Source of the DNA: Podarcis liolepis
Taxonomy: Eukaryota
NCBI GenBank assembly: GCA_965112155.1
Contig: OZ218109.1
Direction: 5' to 3' (one strand)
Length of the DNA: 64,000 nt
In this document: piece by piece, positions 1 to 10,892 of the stretch
How the letters are laid out: each line of letters begins with the position of its first letter
Numbering within the stretch: the stretch's first letter is position 1
Notes under the pieces: generated by a model
Database searches by the model: none
Told to the model about the DNA's origin: nothing
What the model saw: the letters and a program-made list of their open reading frames with translations, nothing else
Made by a program: the position numbers and the translations under genes

Positions 1-744
1 ATATTGTACTTCTGTATGGATTTTAGTTGTAGGCCACCTTGGGGCCCAATCTTGGCCAAAAAGTAGGGTGTCAAAACCTGGAAATCGTTAAAAACCCACT
101 TATCAATCTCTCAGACTCGTCCAATATTTACGCACAATGAAACACTGGCTCCCACTAGGCCAATGTCATACTAATCAAATCCTAGCTCGCTTGTTCCTGG
201 GAATAGACTGCATGCAGGCCAACTTTGCCAGCCTATCTCTGTTGACAATATTTGTGCTTCTGGGCATTTTTTCCACCAATTATTTATTTTTCTTTTCTTT
301 TTTTGTTATATTACCATCTTTTCAAAAAGTAATAAATAATTAGCTAGATGATGTTTGTAACCCATTAATGTTACATGTGTATTTAGGCCCTTGGAGGGGA
401 AAAAATATTTTTTATTTCTTTGTTTGCTGTGCGTTTTCTTCAGTTGAATAATCCAATTGATATTCTGTAGTGACAAGAAGAATCTGTTCATCTGCTGGGT
501 AATATGGAAACAAAGGCAGCTTTTTGTTAATTAAAGGGTTTTCTTTTTTTCTTCTTTATTTGCTTCAGGGGGAAAACATGGTTTATGCAGTTGAAGTGGT
601 AAAGGTGGAACTGTATTCTCTTTTGGAGCAGTGATTAAAGAAGGCATGCAGAAGGAGATGTTCTCTTAATGTCTATTCAATGGTATATACTTTAATAAAT
701 AATAAAATACTCAAATTTATCTCTCCAAACAGAATGGAGATATA

Positions 745-1405
745 TATAAAATTTTATTAGCTTTTATAAAAATTTTCAAATGTTATTACATTTTCATAAA
801 ACAATATAATAAACCCTTGGCTATATAAGCCTTAGACTTCCCTCCTCCCCGGCTGATGGTTTTCCAACTTATTCTCTAATACTGCATTTTCTTATGTTTT
901 TATTACTTTTAGATCATAATCTTATATCATTATTTTCTAAATTACACTTAATAATAAAAATGCTTTTAACCTTACAAAGCTTCTTGTAACCCTACTAGCG
1001 ATGTCAATTGTTTACAGTTGTCTTTCAAATATAACATAAATTTGTTCCAGTCTTTCAGGAATATCTACACCTGTTGGTTCTGAAGTTTCCCTGTCAATTT
1101 CACCAATTTGGCATAGTCCAGTAATTTCATCTGCCACTCTTCTTTCGTTGGTAGTTCTTCCTGCTTCCATCTTTGGGCTAATAACATTCTCGCTGCAGTT
1201 GTTGCATATAAAAACAATGTTCTATCTTGCTTATGTATTTCTCTACCTACAATACCTAATAGGAAGCCTTCTGGGGTTTTTTAAATAAAAGTATATTTCA
1301 ACATTTTTAAAAAGTTCATTATATATCATTTCCCAAAAGGCCTTCACTTCCTTACAAACCCACCACATACAATAAAAGGTACCATCGTTTTCTTTACACT
1401 TCCAT
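745..1405 (-). mobile_element. 5'-truncated L1/Tx1-clade LINE, ORF2 C-terminus plus 3' UTR
   Basis: The minus-strand translation WKCKENDGTFYCMWWVCKEVKAFW resembles the ORF2 C-terminal cysteine-rich region. It continues, frameshifted, into ...LFLYATTAARMLLAQRWKQEELPTKEEWQMKL, then an AT-rich UTR with AATAAA near 753-758. Boundaries are approximate. Confidence 0.8.
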
Positions 1406-1684
1406 GTGAAGTGAAAGTCCAAACACGATTTTAAACCAAGAATAATAGCCAATTTATATTGAGCTTGAAATAGTTAACCATACAACATCTTCAGACACCT
1501 ATTGGCTTTCCTTTCCAGCTGAGGTGAGAGAGCTGTGACCTTGGATGTTGTTGGACTCTCATCAGCACCAGTCAGCATGGCCAATAGGCAGGGATGGTAC
1601 AAGCTGAAGTCCAACAACATGTGGAGGACCACAGATTCCCCAATATGATATTGGTTCTCCTATGCCATGAATGTTATCAAAGCA

Positions 1685-1800
1685 ATGCATGGTATTCAGT
1701 CCTACTTAGGGTAGGCCCATTGAAGTTAATGGACATGATTAAAGTATGCTCATTAATTCCATTGAGTTTACTCTGAGCAGGACTTCATTGCCATCAACCC
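1685..1800. repeat. Short degenerate palindromic interspersed repeat (MITE-like)
   Basis: AGTCCTACTTAGGGTAGGCCCATTGAAGTTAATG...CATTAATTCCATTGAGTTTACTCTGAGCAGGACT is an imperfect inverted repeat. A similar sequence lies near 56040-56190. Confidence 0.45.
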
Positions 1801-2014
1801 AATGTTCCTCAGCTTTCCGACAGGGTCTAGTAGTGAACCAGTCATAATGCATGAAACACCCACACATAGATTTTTGACATCTTATGAAGTCAAGGTGTTC
1901 TAAAATTTGGAGCTGTGACCAACTAGTGGGACATGGTGCTTTACTGTCGGAAGTGCTGAGAATTAAAACTGTAAAAAGGACAAGGAATTTTTTGGCACTC
2001 ATTGGCTCTTATAA

Positions 2015-2320
2015 GGGGGAAGAACCTCTGTGGTGGAGCACATGCTTAGCATCAGGAATGGGGAACCTCCAGATGTCATTGGACTACAGCTCCTATCATC
2101 TTTGACTATGGATTGATGGGGACTGGAGTCCAACAATATCTGGAGAGCCATAGGTTCTCCACCGGTGCTTTATATGTTGGGTGTTATAAATTCAACCCCT
2201 GCACCATCAGTATAAGGACCATAGAGGCTGCCTAGGCAGGTGCTGTCAACCAAAGGAGGCAAAATTGGGATTGATAGACCAATTGCCTTGACTCAATACA
2301 ATGCAGCTTCCATATGTTCA
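2015..2320 (+). mobile_element. Degenerate tRNA-derived SINE with CR1-like tail (Squam2-like), interrupted by an old hAT-type MITE at ~2052-2168
   Basis: The tail GATAGACCAATTGCCTTGACTCAATACAATGCAGCTTCCATATGTTC resembles the copy at 35876-36043. The inner segment carries the GGACTACAGCTCC core. Confidence 0.5.
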
Positions 2321-2478
2321 AGTAGAGAAAACAATGGTGGAGTTGATGGCTGCCATCAATTGCACCCATACCGTGCCCTGCTACAGTGATTGATTGACCT
2401 GTTTATTTTCAGATGATATCACTCCATTGCCAAATCATCCCAAACAGGAACAAAGAAGAAATCAAGTACAATCAAGAT

Positions 2479-2730
2479 GAGAAGAAGAAGAAGAGTTTGG
2501 ATTTGATATCCCGCTTTTCACTCCCTTTAAGGAGTCTCAAAGCGGCTAACATTCTCCTTTCCCTTCCTCCCCCACAACAAACACTCTGTGAGGTGAGTGG
2601 GGCTGAGAGACTTCAAAGAAGTGTGACTGGCCCAAGGTCACCCAGCAGCTGCATGTGGAGGAGCGGAGACGCGAACCCGGTTCCCCAGATTAGGAGACTA
2701 CCGCTCTTAACCACTACACCACACTGGCTC
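2479..2730 (-). mobile_element. tRNA-derived CORE SINE (Squam3/MIR-like), near full length
   Basis: The minus strand has an A-box (TGGTGTAGTGG), a B-box-like GGTTCGCGTCT, the CORE motif TGGGTGACCTTGGGCCAGTCAC and a (TTC)n tail. Confidence 0.85.
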
Positions 2731-3282
2731 TGAGTAGTTTATTATACCTATGACTCTAGGGATTCCGATCAAAGATTTAGTGTGGAATTTAGACCAATAA
2801 TATCTTTGTATTGCTTAATCCCCCCATTTGATGTTAACTGTAAAGTGACTCATATTAAAAGATCTGCAGAATGTTAACAGAAGACATCTCAGTAATAGGT
2901 TGGAAATCTAAAGCAAATGAAGATCAATAATTCAATTAAATCCCTCACCATGGGGAACATGCATCATTTCTGCACTTTGCCTCTATAAATTAATGGTAGT
3001 TATATTAGCCCATGTAAATCAATGTAATGAGAGGGGCTCCTCCTTCCATTATGGTCAACTGGTCCCTGAAGTACCATTGCAAAAATCCCTTTTGGTTAGT
3101 ATTACAAAAGGCACTAGATGTGCAAGAGTGGGAAGAGGAGAATCAGAATGCAATTATGGGGATCAAACTTCCAGGATTACTCCTAACACCAAGAAAAATC
3201 CCCATTTGTTTGTATATTGTGTTTGCAAACATGAACAGGGTGGTTTTAAAAGTGGGGTATATGTCTACAATAATGTACTCTT

Positions 3283-3764
3283 AGCCACCCGGATATTGAT
3301 AGCTCAACATTGGAAAGAAGAACAAATCCCAGCTAAAGAAGATTGGCAACTTAAATTAATGGAATATGGTGAAATAGCTAAATTAACTAGAAGACTAAGA
3401 AATCAAAAAGACAAGAAATATAAAAAAGAATGCAAAATGTTCATTGCATATTTACAAAAGCATTGTAAAGAAGTTAATACAATAGCAGATTTTTAAAAAG
3501 CACACTTGTAATATTAAGGAGAAGGTTTAAAATTGAAAATAATTAAGGATAAAGAAATTATAGACGTGTATAATATAGGATACTATAAAAGAACCAGGGG
3601 AGGAAATGGAGGGGTTTGAGTAATCCCAAAATATGGATTGAATATGGTGTGAAAATATTTTATTTTCCATTTTCTATTTTTATTTTAAATGTATTTGTTT
3701 GTTATGGTTTATATGATGATAATGTTTAAATGTGAAAATTAATAAATTATTTTTTTAAAAAAAC
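3283..3764 (+). mobile_element. 5'-truncated L1-clade LINE 3' end with target-site duplication
   Basis: Encodes ATRILIAQHWKEEQIPAKEDWQLKLMEYGEIAKLT, homologous to the copy at 745-1405. It ends with AATAAA at 3741 and a short A tail. TSD AATGTACTCTT at 3272-3282 and 3765-3775. Confidence 0.85.
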
Positions 3765-4732
3765 AATGTACTCTTTTTTGTGTGGGCCATGCAAAATAAT
3801 TGTACTTTGAAACTGGATAAGGACAAATGTAAGATGGTGATAATGACTGGAACATAGGAAGTTGTCTTGTTTAAGTTCAATTGCGTCTACTTTGACTGAC
3901 AGTGCCTTTGCATAGTTTCAGGTAAAGAGAGGGCTTTTCCAGCTCATAATTGTTCCTTTAAAGGTTGTGGGGAAGCCAAACTGGGGATTCCAGGGATAGA
4001 ATAAAAGAACCTCTGGATACAAAGTAAGTACTGTCATTACCAAAATAAGCTTCCATCTTCATAGAATTGAACTCATTCTGTTTACTACATCCATCACAGA
4101 CAACCACCAGTAAAGGATCCATGGCTGCTCTCCTTATAACCATCAAAAGCAGCCAGGCTACAAAGCAATATCTTTAACTTCAGCTATTAATAATCAGCAG
4201 TGGAAATTTGTATGATGTGTGTGAGAGAGGAAAAAATCTTGATGTTCAGAGCTAAGTAAGCAGACTGTGGTTTACAAAAAAAGAGCAAGTTTTCCCATTT
4301 TAACCAGACTTTTCTCGGGGATGAGATAGCAGAAAAAATACCCGAATCCTTGAAATTGAAATTTAGCATGGTCGTGGGATTTAATGTGCAGCACATTCGT
4401 GTACTAAAATTTGGGAAATTTCAGTGTGAAATTATAAAGTTGTGTCACTTTAGAAGATTTGTAGCAGAAATAAATGTTATCATTTATGCTGACAAAGTTT
4501 TCATTCAAGGAAAGGGAGTTGAACTTTGGTGTTAAACTAAATAGTGTTTGATTCCCTGCGGTATCCTGCTCAAATTGCTGATTGTATTACTTATGTGGTC
4601 ATTAAAAAGAACTAAACAAAAGGAGATTTTAGGGTGCAACCTTATGCTGAAGGGTTATAGCAAGGTTGGAGAACTCTTTTTGGCATAAAATTTAGGCATA
4701 ATCAATGGGAAATTAAACAGAGGTTGGTTGGT

Positions 4733-4735
<3 letters not shown>

Positions 4736-4778
<43 letters not shown>
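4736..4778. repeat. (TAA)n microsatellite
   Basis: Direct inspection. Confidence 0.95.
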
Positions 4779-4779
<1 letters not shown>

Positions 4780-5929
4780 TATGCTGACCATCTGACTGGG
4801 TTGCCCCAGCCATTATGGGCATCTTCCAACACATTATAAAACCACAGCTTAAAAAAACCACAGACTGAAAGCATTAATTACATTGATTTTGCTGTTCCCC
4901 ATTTTTCAGTGATATATTAAATGTGCACTTTATCACTGTTGTGGCTGGTATTTCAAATGTGTCTATAAGTCACCGAATGGATGCCAGATGTAATAAAGCT
5001 AACCCCCAAATGCTTGATGTAAGTGGAGACATTTTATTTTAGATGTATGTATTATCTGGTTTCATTGGCCTTCTATGTTCTTACCAATTTTCTGAGGTTT
5101 GTAAAATGCAATTTACATTTGATAAAGCTTTTCGCATGTACACACACAGAGTGTACTTGCATTTGCTTTTGTACATGGGATTATTTTAATGGCATGGCTA
5201 AATACCCACTTCCCCATGGCACTAGCTTGAATTATTCATTTTGTAGGCAAACTTCACCCCACCTTTAAAAATGAGTGTGTATTCCTGGAGTGTGCCACCT
5301 TACGCAGGCTTTTTGTTTGCTTATTTTGTTTATGTGTCTCCGAGGTAAACTGTTTACATGAGATTTTGCTCGGGGGTGGATTGGAGGTGGTGTTAGCATA
5401 GAACCCATTAGGACGGCCAATTATGGTCCATTACTCATTTTTAGCACATACATTTTCTGACTTTTGAGCACAGAGGGTTTGTAAAAAGAGAATAAAAGCC
5501 TTCTGAATAGGTTCCTTGGTGGTACATTGTAAACTTCAATTATTTGTTCTCAGAAACTTTTCTTCAGTAGAAAGAAATGAAAATCTCTCTTAAATGGAAT
5601 ATGATTCAGACAGAAACCCCGACTAAAAAGGTCTTAAACATTTCCTCATTAATAACAGTAATCTGGGGTCCTAGAGTGCACTGTCACTTTAACATGTAGA
5701 TTTCTTTCTCTTTTCCCCCCCATAGTCCTTCATTAGGCTGAAATTTCACATCTGCAACATACTATCATGAGAAGGAGGAAGAAATCACGCTGCTAACGCA
5801 GAGCTGTTCCTCACAAAACAGCTGGAAAGCAGCCAGGAATTCGGCTGTAATGCTCAACCTTTACAATGCCGGTGGTTTTCAATAGAGATCGTGACCACTT
5901 TTAGCATTCAAAATAGGTGAGACTTGACC

Positions 5930-6030
5930 AAGGGTGAGGAGCTTAAGGCCTGCCAGATGTTGTTGGGCAGCAGCTCCCATCATCCCTGACCATTGCCCAG
6001 GCTGGCTGAGGGCAGACATCCTGCAACATC
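5930..6030. mobile_element. Degenerate hAT-type palindromic MITE
   Basis: CCAGATGTTGTTGGGCAGCAGCTCCCATCATCCCTGACCA core shared with the intact copies at 10757, 30903 and 50283. Similar relics lie at ~1540-1640, ~12095-12185 and ~20430-20550. Confidence 0.6.
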
Positions 6031-6302
6031 TGTCTGATGTACAGAAAGCCATGTTCATCTTAAACATGGCTCAACCGAAGAAGCAGTTGTTCCCACCATG
6101 TTGCATCTGGCTGAACTGCAACTAGCCTAGATCACATTGAACTTTGACTAAGGAGGGAGGGCACCAACAACTCACCCTATTTTGCCTTGTTATTCTGTCC
6201 ACACACAGAGCCAAATCACACTCCTACTAACCACGTTCTTGTAAGCAAGATGCCAAGCAAATTCTGCCCTAAATGGCAATGGCTGATAGGTCCTGGACTC
6301 CT

Positions 6303-7912
6303 TCATAGAAAGCTTTCACAGAATCCTAAAATTGTGGATTGGAAGGGACTCAGAGGACCATCCAGTCCAACCCCCTGCAATGCAGAAATCTCAACTAAAG
6401 CATCAGTGACAGATGGCCATCCAACCTCTGCTTTAAAACCTGCAATGAAAGAAAGTCCACCACCTTCTGAAGGAGTCTGTTCCAATGTCAAACTATTGCG
6501 TGGACAGGCGGAGTCCCCAGATCCTGCATGGTTCCCCCGTCATGTGGAATAACGACTCAAGACAACGTGCTATGGGATTAAATTGGCCACAACTTTATTA
6601 AATTTCAAATGTGGGTAGACCTTGGCTCAGGCATTGGGCATCCTCCCTCCCCGGTCCCCAGCCGGGGACCTAGGGAGCATCAGGGTTATCCAGTGTGTGG
6701 GGGGGGGGGGATGGGCCGGCTCTGGAGAACATATGTTCAAGCAGAGATAGCCGCCCCCGTAACGCTGCCGCCGCAGGAGAGAGCAATGACGACCTTTCGG
6801 TGTACGACCAAAGCCTCCCTTCAGAAAACCCCTTTAACGGGGAACCCTGGTATCGCCGCCGCAAGAGGAAGATGGACGAAAGGATTCCGCCCAAGGCCTG
6901 ATACCACCAAAGTTGTGACGTTTTGCTACGGGAAAGGCGAAACCTGCCAATGCAGGGAAATTCCTTTCCGGCCCTTTAACAGCGACCTTAACGTAGCAGC
7001 GCCCGCATACCTGTGAAGAAAAGTTAACCTGCAAAACCTGTGAAGAAAAGTTAACCTGCAAAATAAGGCATTAACTGAGGGTGGGTAGGGTGGAAGAAGC
7101 TCTGGAGCCAAGTGAGGATTCCTAGGTAAGATCCTCCCTCTATTGTGTGGGCAGGTAATCCCTCCCCTACCTGGCCTGGTCTCCTTGGCAACGCTTCCCC
7201 CAGGTGGGATTGGACAACTGACTGAGGTAGGCGGAGACCTCCAGGTATCCCACCTGAGGGAAGGCAAAGCCAAGCCTATGCTGTTGGAGCCACTCCAGAT
7301 CTAGGGGCTGCACGCGTCCACGCAAAGGGCGCCCCCCGTTTTAAGCGGGGAGCGGTCATTCTTACTGTCATGAAGTTGTTCCTGACGTTTAGTCAGAATC
7401 TCCTTTCTTATAACTTGAATCCATTGGTTCAAGTGCTACCCTCCAGAGCAGGAGAAAACAAGCTTGCTCCTTCTTCCATGTGGCAGCCCTTTAGATATTT
7501 GGCAATGGCCATCATATTTCCTCTCAGTAACCTCTTTTCCAGGCTAAACATATGCAGATCCCTCAACTGTTCTTCATAAGTCTTGGTTTCCGGACCCTTG
7601 ATCATCTCGCATGCCCTCCTCTGCACATATCTCAGCCTGTTGATATCTTTCTTAAATTGTGGTGCCCAGAACTGTTCTGTGGCACCCAGGTGTAGTCTGA
7701 CCAAGGCAGAATAGAGTGGTACTATTACTTCCCTTGATCTGGACGCGATACTTATGTTGATGCAGCCTAGAATAGCATTAGTTGTTTTTTGTTTTGTTTT
7801 TTGCTGCTACTGCTGCTGCATCACACTGTTGACCCATGTTAAGCTTGTGGTCTATTAAGACCCTAGGTCCTTTTCACATGTGCTACAGGTCTCCACCATC
7901 CTATAATTGTGC
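6303..7912 (-). mobile_element. CR1 LINE 3' fragment (RT C-terminus and 3' UTR), split by element A at 6496-7357
   Basis: ORF 7429-7704 reads QFWAPQFKKDINRLRYVQRRACEMIKGPETKTYEEQLRDLHMFSLEKRLLRG, typical of the CR1 ORF2 end. 6303-6495 is the CR1 3' tail, and the two halves join as ...TGTCAAACTATTCTTACTGTC. Confidence 0.9.
6496..7357 (-). mobile_element. Element A: unclassified non-coding structured mobile element, CpG-rich and probably young
   Basis: Inserted cleanly into a CR1. Inverted repeats TTGCGTGGAC (6496-6505) and GTCCACGCAA (7316-7325) are followed by the hairpin CGCCCCCCG-TTTTAAG-CGGGGAGCG. AATAAAGTTGTGGCC lies on the minus strand at 6585-6599. It shares motifs with 45229-46024 and 50908-51719. 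Confidence 0.85.
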
Positions 7913-8424
7913 ATAACAGTTCATTTGCTGTTGATTAATTCAGTGTCAATTTCTCTTGAAATTTCAAGTCAATTATGTTTTTATTATTTTCAATAAATCA
8001 AGTGCACATAAGCTTTATTTCCAGTTATCTTCAGTAGACCAGAGACACTCATCCATCATAGCACATATTTCTCAACCTCTGACTACTTACCTTGTGGTGA
8101 TTTGGGGGGGAAAGTATCCCTTCTTTCTTTTTGCAATCTCAGGAACATTCATTGTCCTCACTACCTTTCATAGGCAATATAGAGGAGAACCAATTAACTA
8201 CAAAGTGGCCAGATTGCAGTATGTTCCAGATTACTCTTTTATTGAGTTAGCTGTTCCAGACAATTCCAGCTACCACACTTTATTAAGCCAAGCCCTTTTT
8301 GCAAAGGAGGGTTGGACTTCCAATGAAGAGCAGCTTTTACATTAGCAGCATAAATGTGGGCAACCACAAAGATTAACTACATGGAGTATATACATGGCTC
8401 TACTTACTCTTCTTGAATCTGCCT

Positions 8425-8560
8425 TAAATCCCAGTTTCAATCTCCAGCACTGCAAAGACTGGGAAAGACTTCCTGTCTGAAACTCCAGGAAACTACTGTC
8501 GATCACTGTATACAATACTAAACTAGAGGAGCGAATGGTCTGACTCAGTATATGTTCCTA
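8425..8560 (+). mobile_element. Partial Squam2-like SINE
   Basis: GGGAAAGACTTCCTGTCTGAAACTCC...ACAATACTAAACTAGAGGAGCGAATGGTCTGACTCAGTATATGTTCCTA matches the tail of the copy at 35876. Confidence 0.65.
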
Positions 8561-9334
8561 ATTGTTTTGTTGACTGAAGGAAGGTCTGAATATTCACTGC
8601 CCGTTTGCTGTCCCTTGTTATCTCAGTTTGCAAAGTCTAATAAACTCTGAGTCGAGGCTAGAAATCTCTGAAGACCTCCGCCATTGTTTTAAATTTAGTC
8701 TTCCAACTCCCCCGCTACTGACTTTGTATATATTTTCACAAGTGGGCGAGCATGCCGTTTTCACTCACCAAAACAGCACAAGGTATCATCGACAAGAAGC
8801 CATCAGGCTGTGAGGCTGACCTTTTCTTATATTCCTGCAATGAAACTATTCATGGCTGAATGTCATTCTAGAGCATCACAGGGACTTCCTTCCATAAAAG
8901 AGTGTGTTGGTCATAAAAAGGCAAGAAAAAGAAAAGTCACAAATACACTCCATGGCCTGCAAGCATTCACAAAATCAACTCCTTACCTAAACCTTTCAAA
9001 AATAATCCCCTACTCCCCTTTTCCACATGAGCTTCAATTTCTGGCTCCAGTGACAACCGGGAGGAAGGGGGAAGGGAGGTAGCAAGGGAGGGGACAGAGG
9101 ACCTGGAACTTCCATTTAAAATGCAGACAAATCTGCCTTTTCTGCTTGATGGTCTGTAACATTTCCATGTAGTGCACTTTGTATGGCAGAATAGCTGCTA
9201 GTAATAGAATTCTCTCTCAGTGGAGGTTAATTACTTCTTGGCTGCAGCAAAATAAATTTGCTGTCAAGATCAGTGACAGGAATATGCCAGTGTCACTATT
9301 TTTACCTGTGGTTTTAATTCACTGTTAATTTCTG

Positions 9335-9369
9335 ACACACACACGTGTGTGTGTGTGTGTGTGTGTGTG
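9335..9369. repeat. (CA)n/(TG)n head-to-head microsatellite
   Basis: ACACACACACGTGTGTGTGT..., an alternating purine-pyrimidine palindrome. Confidence 0.9.
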
Positions 9370-9582
9370 TTTGATGGACTGGTTTCCTAAATAGCCAGCC
9401 CTCCACTCTACCCACTAAAAGAATAGGTCAGATAGACAGTAATGTAGAATGAAGACAGGTGTTAAAAGCACATTTGCCCCTCCCTTTCAAAAAAGATTAA
9501 CAGCAGCAATTTGATATGTGTCTAACCTGAGATGAGTCCCACTGGGTCCAATGGGGCTTATGCCTAAGGAAGTAGGTCTGGG

Positions 9583-9748
9583 GTTTATTTACTTATTTAT
9601 AGCACTTATACTCCTCCTTTAATACCCACAACAACTTTGTAAGGTAGGGTGGGCTGAAGAGGCTGTGACTGACTCAAGGTCACCCCATTAGCTTCATGGC
9701 TTAGTGGGGATTTCAATCCTGGTCTCCCAAGTCCCAGCCTGACACTTT
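9583..9748 (-). mobile_element. Older CORE SINE (MIR/Squam3-like)
   Basis: GTGACTGACTCAAGGTCACCC (CORE, reverse orientation), a B-box-like region and an (AAAT)n tail. Confidence 0.7.
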
Positions 9749-10474
9749 GAATAAGATTCAAAATAAAGTGTAGGAATAAATTGTCAAGTTTCATGTCTGG
9801 GAAAAGCAAACCGCAGAGTTGCCTAAGGAGTCACTAGTTGGGCTCTTCTTATCATTCAGTGTATGTTGTGCTTTCTCCCATAGTATGCCTTCATGTCTGC
9901 TAATCTTTGCTGCCTTGATCTTAGCTAGCAGAGGAGGCCATTCATCACCATATTTCTGATTAAAGCTTGGAAGCCACAGCACTCTGCAGTGTGCCTTGGA
10001 AGTTAGAGCTATGAAGAAAAAGCACTTTCTGCTATTTTCTGGATGCTTGTGGCTAACGTTCAGATAATTACCAGAGGAAGTGCTCTCCATTCTTTGACGG
10101 CCGAGTGCCGTGGTTCTGCTGGAGTTCCGGTCCTTCTCTCTACTCACATGTCACTTGGTCTGACTATGGATAGGCAGCCTTTTGGACCTGGGTTGCTTTG
10201 GCTTTTTAACATTCCATACCATGTCAGGCTTTCCTGGTGGCAATCTAGGCAAAAATCGTGTTCCTAATGAAGATGCATTGTAGGGCAGCTTGTGCCCTGT
10301 AGTGAAAATACACAACAGTAAGATGTGGTTAGCCTCAACTGAAAACACAGCAGCGAGCGTTAAATGCCTCTGTGGACTTCATTCATTGCTATTTCATTGC
10401 AATACTCTTGCATATAATGGCAACCCAAGAAAAATCAGCGCTATGGAGACACAGCCAAGAGACTCTTTTTAGTA

Positions 10475-10715
10475 CAGTGGTACCTTGGTTTATGAACTTA
10501 ATCTGTTCCGGAAGTCCATTCTTAAACCAAAGCATTCTTAAACCAAGGCATGCATTCCCATAGCAGCAGGGGACTCAATTTACACTCAATAGGAAGTGGA
10601 ACACATTCTGCTTCCAAGGCAAAGTTCACAAACCAAAACACCTACTTCCGGGTTTGTAGCGTTCATAATCCAAGTTGCTTATAAACTAAAATGTTCTTAA
10701 ACCAAGGTACCAGTG
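10475..10715. mobile_element. Tc1/mariner-superfamily (pogo/Tigger-like) MITE
   Basis: TIR CAGTGGTACCTTGGTTT...AAACCAAGGTACCAGTG, with TA on the left flank. Confidence 0.85.
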
Positions 10716-10756
10716 TGTGTGTGTGTGTTGTATCGCATGCCTCTGATCCCACAGAG

Positions 10757-10892
10757 CAGAGTTTCCCAAACTTGGGTCTCCAGCTATTTTAGAACTACAG
10801 CTCCCATCTTCCCTAGCTAGCAGGACCAGTGGTCAGGGATTATGGAAACTGTAGTCCAAAAACAGCTGGAGACCCACGTTTGGGAAACTCTG
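10757..10892. mobile_element. hAT-type palindromic MITE
   Basis: TIR CAGAGTTTCCCAAAC; 8-bp TSD CCACAGAG/CCATAGAG. Confidence 0.9.

Noticed and set aside
569-598. 30-nt in-frame microexon candidate (GENMVYAVEV)
   Set aside because: The acceptor is strong but the donor GTAAAG is weak, and the peptide is not recognised.
724-1425. TCCAAACA on both sides of the first L1 fragment as a possible TSD
   Set aside because: The matches are short and not adjacent to the inferred element ends.
6931-6969. CGAAAC in element A suggested a hammerhead ribozyme
   Set aside because: There is no CUGANGA core in the required position, and G-U pairing in the family favours the opposite strand.
6609-7273. Overlapping ORFs of 68-135 aa inside element A (similarly 45016-45931 and 50968-51662 in B and C)
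   Set aside because: These are expected in GC-richer sequence, carry no recognisable domain, and their frames are not preserved across A, B and C. The shared signal is structural, not coding.
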